DNA of 62,962 bases, filler included, from Octopus bimaculoides (GCF_001194135.2; 5 parts of 4 records of this genome joined end to end with filler, not necessarily neighbours in it), one strand, 5' to 3'. Positions 36,701-49,168 are shown, numbered from the whole stretch's first letter. Notes: generated by a model from the letters alone, not told the origin. Made by a program: numbers and translations.

Positions 36701-39009
36701 TCGAGAAAGAGTTCTATACTATCCATTTTTAATTTTCATAGAGGGTGTGATTTGAGCTAATTTTGCTTGTTTCTAGCAGATCAAGCACCACATAGTGGTT
36801 CCTTTATCGGTTCGTGTGTTTATGCTTTTTGGCAACCAAGACCAGATTGGTTGGAAGCATGTACACATTTTTATCGCTAATCAAAGCCAGTTACCCCATG
36901 CGAATGTTACATCATTTGACGAGAATCTTCCCTGCAAAACGAGCGCGAGCATTCTAGTAATTGCTGTTTTGTTGTTATTTTGATTTTGTTTTTGATTTAC
37001 AGTGTTTTCGAAGCAAAATTACCATATGTAATTTCCAAAATGCCAATAGAGGTGCCAAGAATCCTCATTTAATCAGACTTTAAGGAATTCTCCAGATGTT
37101 TTGTTTTTTTTTAAGAATTGATATGCTCATCGAGGCTCGTGTTATATTCACACGAGCAATTTTCTGTTAAGCTGTTTTGGAGTTTAATTTTTTGCTATGC
37201 TTTAAATTCAGTGCATCAGCTCTACACTGAACAATTATATGGCTGTGTCGGGGTAAGAAGTAGCTTTGTAACTACATAGTTCTAGTTTCAATCTCATTAC
37301 ACGGCACCTTAAGCAGGTGTCTCCTTACGTGGCCTGGGATCAATCAAAGCTGATAACTGTTTGGAAATCCGTCCCGTGAAATCTGTCCTGTTTAACAGCC
37401 CTACGTTGCCCCTGTGTGCCTTTATCCGACCCTTCTAACAATTCCTCCAATTTATCACCTTAAACTAGTTCTATAATTTACCAACCTCGAAAGAGTGGAA
37501 AGCAAAGTTGATTTAGATAGAATCTAAACTCAAAGCGCATAAAGCCGGAATAAATACTACTTTACCCTCGAAATAGTCCTTTCAAATCAATTATTAAACA
37601 CAAATGTCTGATCTGGAGTTAATAACTTACAATGCCTGCTTTAATATAAAAACTGAGAGATATTTTCGAGTATTACATTAAAATATTACACTTCACTAGT
37701 ACCTAAGTAGACAGTATGTTAGTGGATCGTCATTAATTAAGGTAAAAACCAGGAATCCGAGGGAACTAGTGAAGAGAAGTGTCGATAATAATTAATGTGA
37801 GAGTGATGACATAGATTTTGTACATTTCAATAGGTACATCTTGCTCTTCGTTACAGACGACTGCCAAGATCTCGAAACGCAAAATTCTTCACTTTATCAT
37901 TGCAATTAAAATGAATGAACTCTTTTGTGGAGTCAGTTTTGAATTGTTTCCAAACAATGGAAGGATACCATATCAGCACTGAATAGGGAACACTAGTAAA
38001 CTCTTAAAATGTACAGTGCTTTCACCTCTAATAGAGCAAGTTATCTAAATACGACATCTATGCCTTTCAGCAAGTCCTAAAAGCAGTCCCTATAGTTGCT
38101 AGAAATAACAACCAACTTTTCCATAAATCATATACAATAATCTTAAATAAGGACTCATTGGACAATCCATTACAAAAAGATAGAATGCTAAAACGCCTTT
38201 GATCATAGTTTTTCGGTATTAGAGTTGACCAGGGTCCAAACAAGAGCAAACACAATAATGAATTCTATGATATATATGAAATAAAACCTTCTTAAACTAG
38301 AAACTTTAAATAAGTATTACCCTCGCCATAATTTGAATCCCCATGAAAGACAATTACGAAATAGCAATATGTGTTATAACACAAACAACAAAACCACCAT
38401 AAACCAAGAAACCAAAAACCCTTTAACAAGTTCAACCCTTCGAGAATGAAGGACAGCCTAGAACAACAAAATCAAAAGAAAAAAATGACAGAGAAAAAGC
38501 AAGTATATGAAGCATATATTACCTTCATCAGCTGCCTAGCTGACATCATTATTGTTTCGACACTTGGGCAGTATCATTCAATCCGGTGATATCAAAAGAG
38601 TTAAAAGAATAAACGCTGTCTGGGAATTAATAGACTAGAAGTAGGACCGAAATATCAATGCAATATGTCAATTACCTCTACACCTGCTTCTTATTACAAA
38701 TACAAACATCAAATCTCAAACATAAATCATTTCATACCAATAACTACGAAGTTAAATAGGTATATATTTACAAGCAAGTGATAAATTTGATTATGAATTA
38801 AAGGTTTTTCTTGTGCCAAGATGCAAACCAATGTTCCGTCGGTTGGCAGGCTACTACACTAATAATTATAGTCTCCGACTCTGTATTTTATAGTACACTG
38901 AAGCTATGTTATTTCTCATATTAATCAAATACAATAAATAATAGTGAGAAACATGACCTTCCAGAATTAAAATTAAATTCTGAGATGTCAGTAATTTGGA
39001 ATTTACTGA

Positions 39010-39245
39010 GTGGGGCATGAACGAAAGATTTTGGCAAGTTATAACTTTTTTATTTAATTATCGAAGCCCTTTGCATTATTTCTTCCGACTCCTTACACTA
39101 TGAGTTCAAATCACAACAAGTTCAACTTTGCCTTTCTTCCAAGCTGGGTGGGACATAAAACAAAGTACTAGCCAAGTACTGAGGTCTGGTGGTGCCTACT
39201 GACCTTCCTCTCCTCGAAATATCTGCCCTTGTGCCCAAAATATCA
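39010..39245 (+). mobile_element. SINE family A, old copy
   Basis: gagttcaaatc...ttcaactttgcctttc...cccttgtgcccaaaat. Confidence 0.6.
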
Positions 39246-39617
39246 TTCCTTAGTTTACTAATTTTTAGTCATTGGACTGCGACCACGGTTGAGTACTGGT
39301 ATCAACGGTTTCTGCGGGACATGTTGAACCAAATACTTATTCTAGCCTCATACTTATTACGCCATTTTTGCAATGAAATGTCTTTTTACACACGTAAACA
39401 TAAATACACATTCACACACAATATATATATATATATATATATCGAAGTATTGGCGCAAAACTGTTTTGGTGAGTAGAATTTAGGTTATTCGAAATATGTT
39501 TGTCACGTATTTCAACTGTTAAAAGGCAAACACTGGAGTTACTGTGAAGAAAATTTTCTCTTATGGTAACAAGATGTGAAAACACCCGGTTCGTGCAAAG
39601 TCACCATCTGTTAAGAT

Positions 39618-39663
39618 TCTCAGACATCGATGTTTCGAGTTTCTTTTATTCTTGTCAATGAGA
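39618..39663 (-). ncRNA. Minimal type I hammerhead-ribozyme motif, U3:A8 variant
   Basis: Minus strand: tctca-TTGACAA-G(aataaaagaaact)C-GAA-ACATCGATGT-C-tgaga. GUC cleavage triplet, 10-nt palindromic helix III. Confidence 0.65.
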
Positions 39664-39705
39664 TGTACCTAAGAGAGACAATTTTGTTCTATTATTATTA
39701 TTATT

Positions 39706-39780
39706 CAGGTCACTGCCTGGAATTGAACTCGGATTCTTGGGGTTAGCAGCCCGCGCTCTTAATCACTACGCCATATGCCC
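39706..39780 (-). pseudogene. tRNA-derived SINE-like head (non-functional tRNA)
   Basis: A box TGGCGTAGTG, B box GAGTTCAATTCC. No acceptor stem; ends in (AAT)n. Confidence 0.65.
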
Positions 39781-40244
39781 GTGAGTATATGGCGTAGTGG
39801 CTAATGTAAATAATGTAGAGACAATTCTGAACGAACTTAATAAACCTGTAGCTTTATATATATAATTCAGTCAACACTGAATTATATATAAATTCAGTGT
39901 TGACTGTTTTGCGCTAGTAGATCGCCCGATCAAGGTAAATAATGAGGCATTGTGCAAAGCAGTGTTTCGGTATGAGCAGAATTTGAAATGTGCTTGTCAC
40001 ATATTTCAACTGCTAAAAGGCGAATACACTGCAATTACTGTGGAGAAAAATCTCTCTTATAGTAAAAAGGTGTGGTGAAAACACCCAGTTTGTTCAGTGC
40101 CAACATCTGTTAGGAATCTTAGATATCGATGTTTCGTGTTTTTTTACTCAGGCGATCTACTAGTGCAAATCAGTCAACATTTTGACAGAATTATATATAA
40201 AGCTACAGGTTCAAGTTCGTTCATAGTTGTCTCTCTTGGGTACA

Positions 40245-40282
40245 TCTCATTGACAAGAGTCAATAAACATGGATGTCTGAGA
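40245..40282 (+). ncRNA. Decayed inverted copy of the U3:A8 hammerhead motif
   Basis: tctca-TTGACAA-G-agtcaa-TAA-ACATGGATGT-C-tgaga. C11.1/G12 lost. Confidence 0.5.
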
Positions 40283-41337
40283 TTCCTAATAGATGGCAAC
40301 ACTGAATGAACTGAGTGCTTTCACACCTTTTTACGATAAGAGAGATTTTTCTCCACGGTAACTCCAGTGTATTTGCCTTTTAGCAGTTGAAATACGTGAC
40401 AAACATATTTCAACTAATCTAAATTCTGAATAATATATATATATATATANNNNNNNNNNNNNNNNNNNNNNNNNNNNNNNNNNNNNNNNNNNNNNNNNNN
40501 NNNNNNNNNNNNNNNNNNNNNNNNNNNNNNNNNNNNNNNNNNNNNNNNNNNNNNNNNNNNNNNNNNNNNNNNNNNNNNNNNNNNNNNNNNNNNNNNNNNN
40601 NNNNNNNNNNNNNNNNNNNNNNNNNNNNNNNNNNNNNNNNNNNNNNNNNNNNNNNNNNNNNNNNNNNNNNNNNNNNNNNNNNNNNNNNNNNNNNNNNNNN
40701 NNNNNNNNNNNNNNNNNNNNTTTTGTTATCTTTATTTTACCCCCAGGTCGTCCCTGATCGAGTAGATCTTTTAAGTCTTTTGATCAAATGCCAATCCAAT
40801 CGAGACCATTTGTTTTGCTTTGTTTTATCACGCTTAACAACCTTATAAAATACTGGATGGCTACAGCCGGAATGCCTTTGATCACACATCTAATCCATCA
40901 TTGGTTAATCTAGATCTAAACGACGACAATTCTATACGGCAGAGTTTTTGTTTTTTTTTCCTTTTCTCTATTTTCTTTGTGCCTTTTCCAGAGAATTATA
41001 TCAAGACTATTATGTTTGAATTGTTTTGTTGTAAGGTTGATAAAATCCAGAGTTATTCTTTATTGCATTCTTATCATTGTAACTTCTATGTTATTTCCTT
41101 GAAATGTACCCCTACTAATTTGATCTAACAGTATTTTATTGTAGATGTATATTACAAATATATCAGCCATAGCCGTGTGGCTAAGATTTCGCTACGAGTT
41201 CGATTCCACTTCATAGCACCTTTCGCAAGTGATTTTGTAGTATCGGATTTAGTAAAGTCATGTGACAGAAAATTTGTAGGCAAAAATTCTGATTCAAAAT
41301 CTAACAAACAAAATATTTAAGGGTATATTTTTTTTTC

Positions 41338-41515
41338 TCCCTTTGAAGCGATTAAGCCCAGAAATATGATTTTAATACTTATTTAACTTCACTAAGCTTA
41401 ACTGAAACAGCTGTAAGGGATAATGATTGATGCTTTGCTGATAATAAATTCTTATTAACTTAAATATCTCCATTTTCTTATTCTTCATTTGCATGATTAT
41501 AAACCGTGGTTTATA
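41338..41515 (+). mobile_element. Older copy of the 26240 family with decayed hammerhead
   Basis: tccct-TTGAAGC-G...atgattttaat...GAA-ACAGCTGT-A-aggga (5-bp helix I). Tail tctccattttct...ataaaccgtggt also found in the 26.2-26.75 kb element. Confidence 0.55.
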
Positions 41516-41751
41516 TATAAACTTATTTTATGGGTGTTAACCTCCCACCAAAATATTGGGCATTAAACAAGTATTTTCTTGGATGATGCAATCCCTTAAT
41601 GAGGTCAACATAACCTCGATTTGAATTGTGTGTGTGTGTGTGTGTGTGCGTGTGTGTGTGTGCGTGTGTGTGTGACCATGTTGAACCATTAGTTCCTACA
41701 CATCTTTTTTTCTGCATTTTTTTTTCGTTCTCTCTCCTTTTTTCCCTCTCA

Positions 41752-41880
41752 GTCCTTTCTGCTGAGGAGCGTAGAGTCGAAACGTCAAAGACGTTTCCAT
41801 TCCTCCTGAGCGCCAAACTAATACACCTGCTTGCTGTTCCTATACCTGTCTTCGTCTTTTGTTTTCTGTAAATTTGAACT
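41752..41880 (+). mobile_element. Penelope-like terminal fragment with minimal hammerhead motif (C3:G8, ACGT helix III)
   Basis: gtccttt(ctg)-CTGAGGA-G(cgtagagt)C-GAA-ACGT-C-aaagac, followed by a tail shared with 33017-33100. Confidence 0.55.
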
Positions 41881-41895
41881 AATATGCATAAATAT

Positions 41896-42180
41896 AAGCC
41901 TGGTACTTATCCTGTCAGTTCTCTTGCCGAACCGCTAAGTTACGGGGACGTAAATACACCAAAACCGGTTGCTAAGCTGGAGTTAGGGATAAACACAGAC
42001 ACACATAGATATATAAATGTACGACGAGCTTCTTTCAGTTTTCGTTTACGAAATCCACTCACAGGGCTTTGGCCGGCCCGAGGTTATAGTAGAAGACACT
42101 TGTCTGAGGAGCCACGCAGTGGGATTCAACGCAGGACCATGTGGTTGGGAAGCATGTTTCTTTCTATACAGCCACGCTGT
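41896..42180 (-). mobile_element. SINE family B
   Basis: Tail, short microsatellite, head. Confidence 0.85.
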
Positions 42181-42765
42181 GACTACCTCCTTTCTAAGAA
42201 AAAGGCATTCTAGTATTATCACAGTCAAATGACTGAAACAAATAAATGATATAAATTATATGTGTGCAAGTGTTTGTCTGTGTATCCTTTGTTTAAACGA
42301 CCTTTCCATGTTGTCGCTCTAAAAAAAATACGAAGACAAATTATTAACGGACTGTGTTATCAGGCTTATATATTCTGCTGATCTGATTAGCGAATTAATA
42401 ATACCACTGATCGATGAAGTCATCAACAGACAAGATAAATGAGGTTCTTGAATTAGTTTTTGTCGCTGTGGTCGTCTGATGTTTGTGTGTGTCAGAGAGA
42501 GAGAGTGTGTGCGCGCGTGCGTGAGTGTGTGTGTGTTCCTATCTATCTGTCGGCACATCGATATAGGTGACAGTGTATGTTGGAGTTTTTTCGTTTGTTT
42601 GCTTATTTACTATCACTAGAGGTCTCGTAAAAATTATTTAAAAATATGTAATCATTATTATATCCATAGTGAAATCTGTCTGTCTGTAATTTCCGCCCGC
42701 CCCCTCACTCTCTCTTGCTTTCTGCTTCTGTGAGTATGTATTTATACAAGTATGTATTTACTCTT

Positions 42766-42985
42766 TTATTCTTTTACTTGTTTCGGACATTTGACTATGG
42801 TCATGCTGGAGCACTGCCTTCAAAAGTTTTAGTCGAATGAATCGAACCCAGATCTTATTTTTTAAAGCCTAATGCTTATTCTATCAACTACTTTTGCCGA
42901 ACCGCTAAGTCACGGGGACGTAAGCACTCCAACACCATCAAGTGGTGATGGGAGAAGAAACACAGACACAAAGACATACGGAGAT

Positions 42986-43068
<83 letters not shown>

Positions 43069-43632
43069 NNNNNNNNNNNNNNNNNNNNNNNNNNNNNNNN
43101 NNNNNNNNNNNNNNNNNNNNNNNNNNNNNNNNNNNNNNNNNNNNNNNNNNNNNNNNNNNNNNNNNNNNNNNNNNNNNNNNNNNNNNNNNNNNNNNNNNNN
43201 NNNNNNNNNNNNNNNNNNNNNNNNNNNNNNNNNNNNNNNNNNNNNNNNNNNNNNNNNNNNNNNNNNNNNNNNNNNNNNNNNNNNNNNNNNNNNNNNNNNN
43301 NNNNNNNNNNNNNNNNNNNNNNNNNNNNNNNNNNNNNNNNNNNNNNNNNNNNNNNNNNNNNNNNNNNNNNNNNNNNNNNNNNNNNNNNNNNNNNNNNNNN
43401 NNNNNNNNNNNNNNNNNNNNNNNNNNNNNNNNNNNNNNNNNNNNNNNNNNNNNNNNNNNATATATATTACGGATTTCTTTCAGTTTTCGTCTGCTAAATC
43501 CACTCGGAAGGCTTTGGTCGACCCAAGTCTATAGTAGAAGACACTTATCCAAGGTGCTGCCACGCATTGGGACTGAACCCGAAACCAAGTGGTTGAGAAG
43601 CAAGCTTCTTACCACACGGCCACTCCTGCGCC
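42766..43632 (-). mobile_element. SINE family B, full length, gap inside internal microsatellite
   Basis: Tail 42766-42975, head 43465-43632. Confidence 0.85.
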
Positions 43633-44129
43633 TTTACAAAATGGGAACAAACTGATGAATCTCCGTTCTTTAAATTCCTGTTAAGAAAACTTACGAATAA
43701 ATATTCGTTTTTCTCCGTTGAATGTTTGTTTCCTTCTTCACAATTCTGCTAGCGTGTTCATACTGTTATATTTTGCTTTCAATAGATTTGGAAATCCATC
43801 TGCCATGTGATTGCGAAGCAAACTCCTTAGCAAACAGCCACACATGCGCCATTGTATATACATATAAATATACTTCATACACAATGTACACTCATGTAAC
43901 AAAACGGAATAAAATAACTACATTAGGTAATTCTTTACGTAAAACTCCATAAGGAACGGGCTCTTCAAAATCTAGATAGTCTACCTCCAAATATCTTACC
44001 TAAATAGCCTACGTACGGTACCAAATAGTCTACCTCAATCACGAGATCGAGTCCTTATTGTTGTGTGATAGCCTGTGTCTCTTAATGACCCTGAACTCTT
44101 ATTATGCTTCTTATGCTGAACAGGTCAAT

Positions 44130-44385
44130 GAATATAGGGCAGAGTAATACGGACTACCACTTCCCAGAGATAAGAATGGGTGTGCATAGGGTTAACTCCC
44201 TAAACAGATAAAAGCGAAGTTACAGAAGCATCGATGAAAATTCAAAGACCTGAGAGGGGACGGTCTTACGCGTTGCAACAAAATCCGAAAGACTCCCTTT
44301 CTAGCCACCAGAAGAAAGCCCAGAGTCGAAAACAGTGGAGAAAAGTCTTTTATGGCCACTGTTCCATAGAGAATGAAGAGCTTAA
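44130..44385 (+). mobile_element. Internally deleted RTE-like remnant (5'UTR-like part fused to 3' end)
   Basis: 3' part AQSRKQWRKVFYG-CSIENEELK + cttaagt resembles the RTE end AQDR..WR....LCS..EE. Upstream gggtgtgcatagggttaactccc resembles an RTE 5'UTR (from memory). Confidence 0.4.
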
Positions 44386-44921
44386 GTGGTTTACCTACTC
44401 CCTGCCCGTTTCTGTTCTAGCCTGCACACATATTCATCCTGGATCCCAAACTTCTCTACAGAGAAATTAATCCCTACTCGTTTCATCGGACTTTATCTTT
44501 CGACGCCTGACTTTGTTTCTCACGCATACCTTCATCAATTTTAACCGGAATAATATCTTAGGTGTACAAGTTATTTCCGTTTTTTAGTAATGCAATGTAA
44601 AAAGATAAAAGCGGTTGATTGAACGAATGATTGAGACTATGGTGGGTTATGAGTCCTTTTCTTTAATCGATCTTGAATAAATGCCATGATGGAAGTTCGC
44701 TCTGGTGGACTTCAAATTCAAAACAATGAAACAACTGAACAAGGTCTATTCACACTCTCTACTACTTCAATCAATGGTTCAAACACTGTTGCTGCTTTTG
44801 TCGTCTTCGTTGTCGTCGTGGTGGTCATCGTCGTGGTCATCGTTGTGGTCATCGTCGTCCTTGTTTAGACACAAGTTTGTAGACATTTAAAAATGCGTAT
44901 GTGTGTGTACTTACTATTCAG

Positions 44922-44963
44922 TTGGAAAGAGGTAGTGATATGCTAAATATCATTGACATAGAA
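44922..44963 (+). CDS. Candidate 42-nt phase 0-0 exon
   Basis: cttactattcag acceptor, GAA|gtaagt donor. Only one frame open: LERGSDMLNIIDIE. Confidence 0.25.
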
Positions 44964-46344
44964 GTAAGTGGTGAAGTATTGAATTATATCATCATCATTA
45001 TAATCGTCATTGTCATCATCATCATCATCATCTTTATCATCATCATCATCATCATCATCATCAGTCACTGGATAATACTGTCTCGAGTTCTAGAACTCGT
45101 AGTGTTGTTTATCAGGTTTCATGGCGTTTAACAGACCGAGATCATAACATTCCCTCTGAACGAAACACCAGTCCTTTGCAGGTTACTCATTTACGGCTTA
45201 GGGAACTAGAACAACGTGAAGAACACAATGAAATGCCCGGTCTGGAATCGAAATTCCAATCTTGCAATTGTGAGTACAACATCTTAACCACTAAGCCACG
45301 CGAATGCGTAAAAAAAATATTTAACGAGCTACAAATTGGTTTTTAGTTAGAGAAAAAAAAAAAAAAACTAACGGCAGATGTTAGCGACTCACAAACAGGA
45401 AGGGGAGGTAATTACATAAACTTAAATGTAATTTTGCAGAAACCGANNNNNNNNNNNNNNNNNNNNNNNNNNNNNNNNNNNNNNNNNNNNNNNNNNNNNN
45501 NNNNNNNNNNNNNNNNNNNNNNNNNNNNNNNNNNNNNNNNNNNNNNNNNNNNNNNNNNNNNNNNNNNNNNNNNNNNNNNNNNNNNNNNNNNNNNNNNNNN
45601 NNNNNNNNNNNNNNNNNNNNNNNNNNNNNNNNNNNNNNNNNNNNNNNNNNNNNNNNNNNNNNNNNNNNNNNNNNNNNNNNNNNNNNNNNNNNNNNNNNNN
45701 NNNNNNNNNNNNNNNNNNNNNNNNNNNNNNNNNNNNNNNNNNNNNNNNNNNNNNNNNNNNNNNNNNNNNNNNNNNNNNNNNNNNNNNNNNNNNNNNNNNN
45801 NNNNNNNNNNNNNNNNNNNNNNNNNNNNNNNNNNNNNNNNNNNNNNNNNNNNNNNNNNNNNNNNNNNNNNNNNNNNNNNNNNNNNNNNNNNNNNNNNNNN
45901 NNNNNNNNNNNNNNNNNNNNNNNNNNNNNNNNNNNNNNNNNNNNNNNNNNNNNNNNNNNNNNNNNNNNNNNNNNNNNNNNNNATACAGGTTTACATAGTA
46001 GATCTAAAAGGGCTGCTCCCATAAAAGCGTCCAGAACGGACCGCCCTCCCTACTAGCTACGTTACTGTACAGCCCTCACTTCCGGGTACCATATCCTCGA
46101 TGTTACGCTGGTCATGGGTTACAGGGCAGAGAAAAGGTTTCTATGTCAGCTTGTGGCTTCACAGGCACCTCAAAAAATTAACGGAAACATGGTACATGCT
46201 ATCAAGTCATACTCACTTGCGAGTGACGGCCGAACATTTTATCCGGCCGTTAAGCATTTTTTTCCCGAAGTGGTAACGACTCTGCCCGCATGCCGCCTTC
46301 CGAATGGATGATGTAATATTGGTTTCTAGCTTTAGCACAAAAGC

Positions 46345-46535
46345 AGAAAGCTGAGAAAATCGTCAACACGTCAGACGAAATGCTTAACGGCATTTCTACA
46401 GGTTTTACGTTCTGAGTTCAAATCCTGCCGAGGTCAACTTTACCTTTCATCCATTCAGGGTCGATAGAATGAAGTACTGGAGTGCTGGAGTCAATGTAAT
46501 CGGTTTGCCCTTCCCCTCAAAATTGCCGCCCTGGA
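46345..46535 (+). mobile_element. SINE family A
   Basis: Head, B box, core. Confidence 0.8.
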
Positions 46536-47096
46536 ACCCTGCTACGGACCTCTATCTCGTTCATGGGTGTTGTTATGATCCCCGTCATTGATCCGCTATG
46601 GAAACCGGGTAACCGGCCTTATGGGTACCCGGGCTTAAAAGTAAAACAAGGGACACTAGCAAACGATTGCAAATTTTGAAGCCGTGGGTATATCCGATAA
46701 ATCGACCGATCCCGAGACTTAAGTATTATTTCTAGTTTATCGATCCTACAATAATAAAAAGTAAAGCCGATTTCGTTAGGATTCGTAATCAAAACGTTAA
46801 GATAAAGATCCTTAATTAAATACCAGCCAAGGTATTTTGTCCAACGATTTTTCCAATCCAATCTATCACCTTTACTATCAGACCACACGTTGATAATATA
46901 CTATTAGTCGTCCGTACACCTTCACAGGTAGCGAAGTGAATTGAATGATTATAGAAAGCGTTTGGTAACTCGGCTTGTTTGACATATTTCATTACTTTCA
47001 GTCAAATTCGTTCTGACATTCGTGAAAGGAAATATAACATATAAGACTTAACCGACCAAAGTTATCTTGCTTCATTCAATGTCTTTGATATTTCAG

Positions 47097-47195
47097 TCAC
47101 TGAATTCTTTATGAATGTTGGAATCACTAGGGTTTCACAACTAAGTAAACAGGAGAATGAATTAACTGCCATGGTGATAGATACAACGATGGCAG
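47097..47195 (+). CDS. Candidate symmetric phase 1-1 exon, product unknown
   Basis: gtctttgatatttcag acceptor, CAG|gttggt donor. 99 nt, open: TEFFMNVGITRVSQLSKQENELTAMVIDTTMA(G). Confidence 0.3.
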
Positions 47196-48297
47196 GTTGG
47201 TATGGAACGGATTTTAGCTTTCATTGTTTTGTTTTGTTGTTTTCTTTTTGAGGATTGATTATTGAACACGCTGCCGTGTATAGTAAATAGATATATTTCT
47301 GTGTGTGTGTGTGTGTCTGTGTGGGGGGGGGTGAAGGGTTGCGGGGATAAATCATCGTAAGCGATAGGAACAGTACAACACAATGAAATTGTGATCCTTA
47401 ACTCCATCCATCCATCCACCCACCCAGTTATACATACATACATACATACATACATCCAGCCAATAAGCCATACATACATACAGCCAACAAGCCATACATA
47501 CATACATACATACATACATACGTACATGCATAAATTCGTATGTGTATATGCATGCTTGTATGAATGTATGTATGTATATATGTATGTATGTATTATGTAT
47601 GTATGTATGTATGTATATATGTATGCATGTCTATGAATATGCTATGCGTGGTTGTTTCTTCCTCTCTCCTTACGATAGACAGATAGATAGATAAATGGGT
47701 GGATGGATAGATAGACAGATAGATAACGCATACACACACACACATGTCCGTGTGTGTGTGTGAGTTATACACACGTGCTTTGCATGTCACATGCTTATAC
47801 ACGCGGAGCCGAATGAGTTTTGAACATTTTATTAACACCATTGTATACCTTAAGTCAGTATTCAAGTTTAATTTTCTAAGATGTCTTGAACATCCCTACT
47901 ATCCTTCATCCTGGCACGTGCAGACTGAAAGAAGACAAAGATCTCAAAAATGCGCCGCCGTCCACTTCACAAAGCCAGGGAAAGGAAAACGGATAAGACA
48001 ACTGTTTTTCGCCTTCACAATTGTCTCGAAGAACAAAGTATAAAGCTTTCCAAGGTTCAGGAAACCATCATAGATGAGAACAAGAAGCAAATTTAATTGG
48101 AAGAAAATTTGGTTAAAGGTTTCTTACGCAGAATCAAGGAAGGTACTTTTAATGACGACAAAACCACTAAGAAGATTACAAAAGATTTTAAAAGTTCTTT
48201 TGTTCCACACGTAAAAAGAATTGATTACTGCGAAGAGTTGAGGCCATAATTATTTCAAGGCTTTGCTTCAGCCGGAAGTTACTGTTAAGTAACTGTA

Positions 48298-48652
48298 TTT
48301 CTTTTTCTTCTTCCTCTTCTTTTTCCTCTTTTTCTCCTTCCTCTTCTTCTTCCTCTTTTTCTTCTTCTTTTTCCTCTTCTTCTTCTTTTTCTTCTTCCGC
48401 TTCTTCTTCTTCTTCTTCTTCTTCTTTCTCTTCCTCTCCGTCTTTTTCTTCCGCTTCTTCTTTTTTTTCTTCTTCTTTTTCTTCTTCCTTTTCTTCTCCT
48501 CCTCCACTTCTTTTTTTTCTTCCTTTTCTTTTTCTTCCTCCTCCTCCATTTCTTCTTCTTCTTCCTCCTCCTCCTCCATTTCTTCTTCTTCTTCTTCTTC
48601 CTCCTCCTCCTCCATTTATTCTTCTTCTTTTTCTTCTTCTTCTTCTTCTTCT
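48298..48652 (+). repeat. Polypyrimidine (TTC/TCC)n tract
   Basis: Direct reading. Confidence 0.9.
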
Positions 48653-48934
48653 TACACTAACTACAAAGTTTCTGATAGTCGCTCATATCAATGTACTTAG
48701 TCTGATGGCAGTCTTTTAATGAACGACCGGGATTTCCTACATTTTTTTCCTTAACGATTGCAAGATCTTCATTTCCTATGCAGCTGCTAATAACTGCGCC
48801 CAGGAGCATGGTTTGTGCATGCGTAAGATTTCATAGTTACAGTGGAAAGCTCATGATCATAAAGTGGGTTCAATTTTTGAACCGGGTGGTGCATTTAATC
48901 GTCGAGAAAGAAATTTCTTTTCATGTTATTTAAG

Positions 48935-49168
48935 TCTTATTTCTTTATTGCCCACAAGGGGCTAAACTTAGAGGGGACAAGCAAGGACAGGCAAACGGAT
49001 TAAGTCGATTATATCGACCCCAGTGCGTAACTGGTACTTATTTAATCGACCCCGAAAGGATGAAAGGCAAAGTCGACCTCGGCGGAATTTGAACTCAGAA
49101 CGTAACGGCAGACGAAATACCGCTAAGTATTTCACCCAGCTGCTTTCTAACGTTTCTGCGAGTTCGCC
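48935..49168 (-). mobile_element. SINE family A with A2 tail, full length
   Basis: Near-consensus copy. Confidence 0.9.

Larger units (their letters stand above)
39491..40411. mobile_element. Nested direct/inverted repeat complex (Penelope-like/foldback) with inserted tRNA-like head
   Basis: Unit at 39491-39683 recurs forward at ~39985-40145 and inverted within 40149-40411. 10-bp direct repeat agagacaatt at 39674 and 39817. Confidence 0.8.

Noticed and set aside
38510-38565. Permuted hammerhead-like pieces on minus strand (GAAAC..GUC then CUGAUGA)
   Set aside because: Helix I and helix II do not pair.
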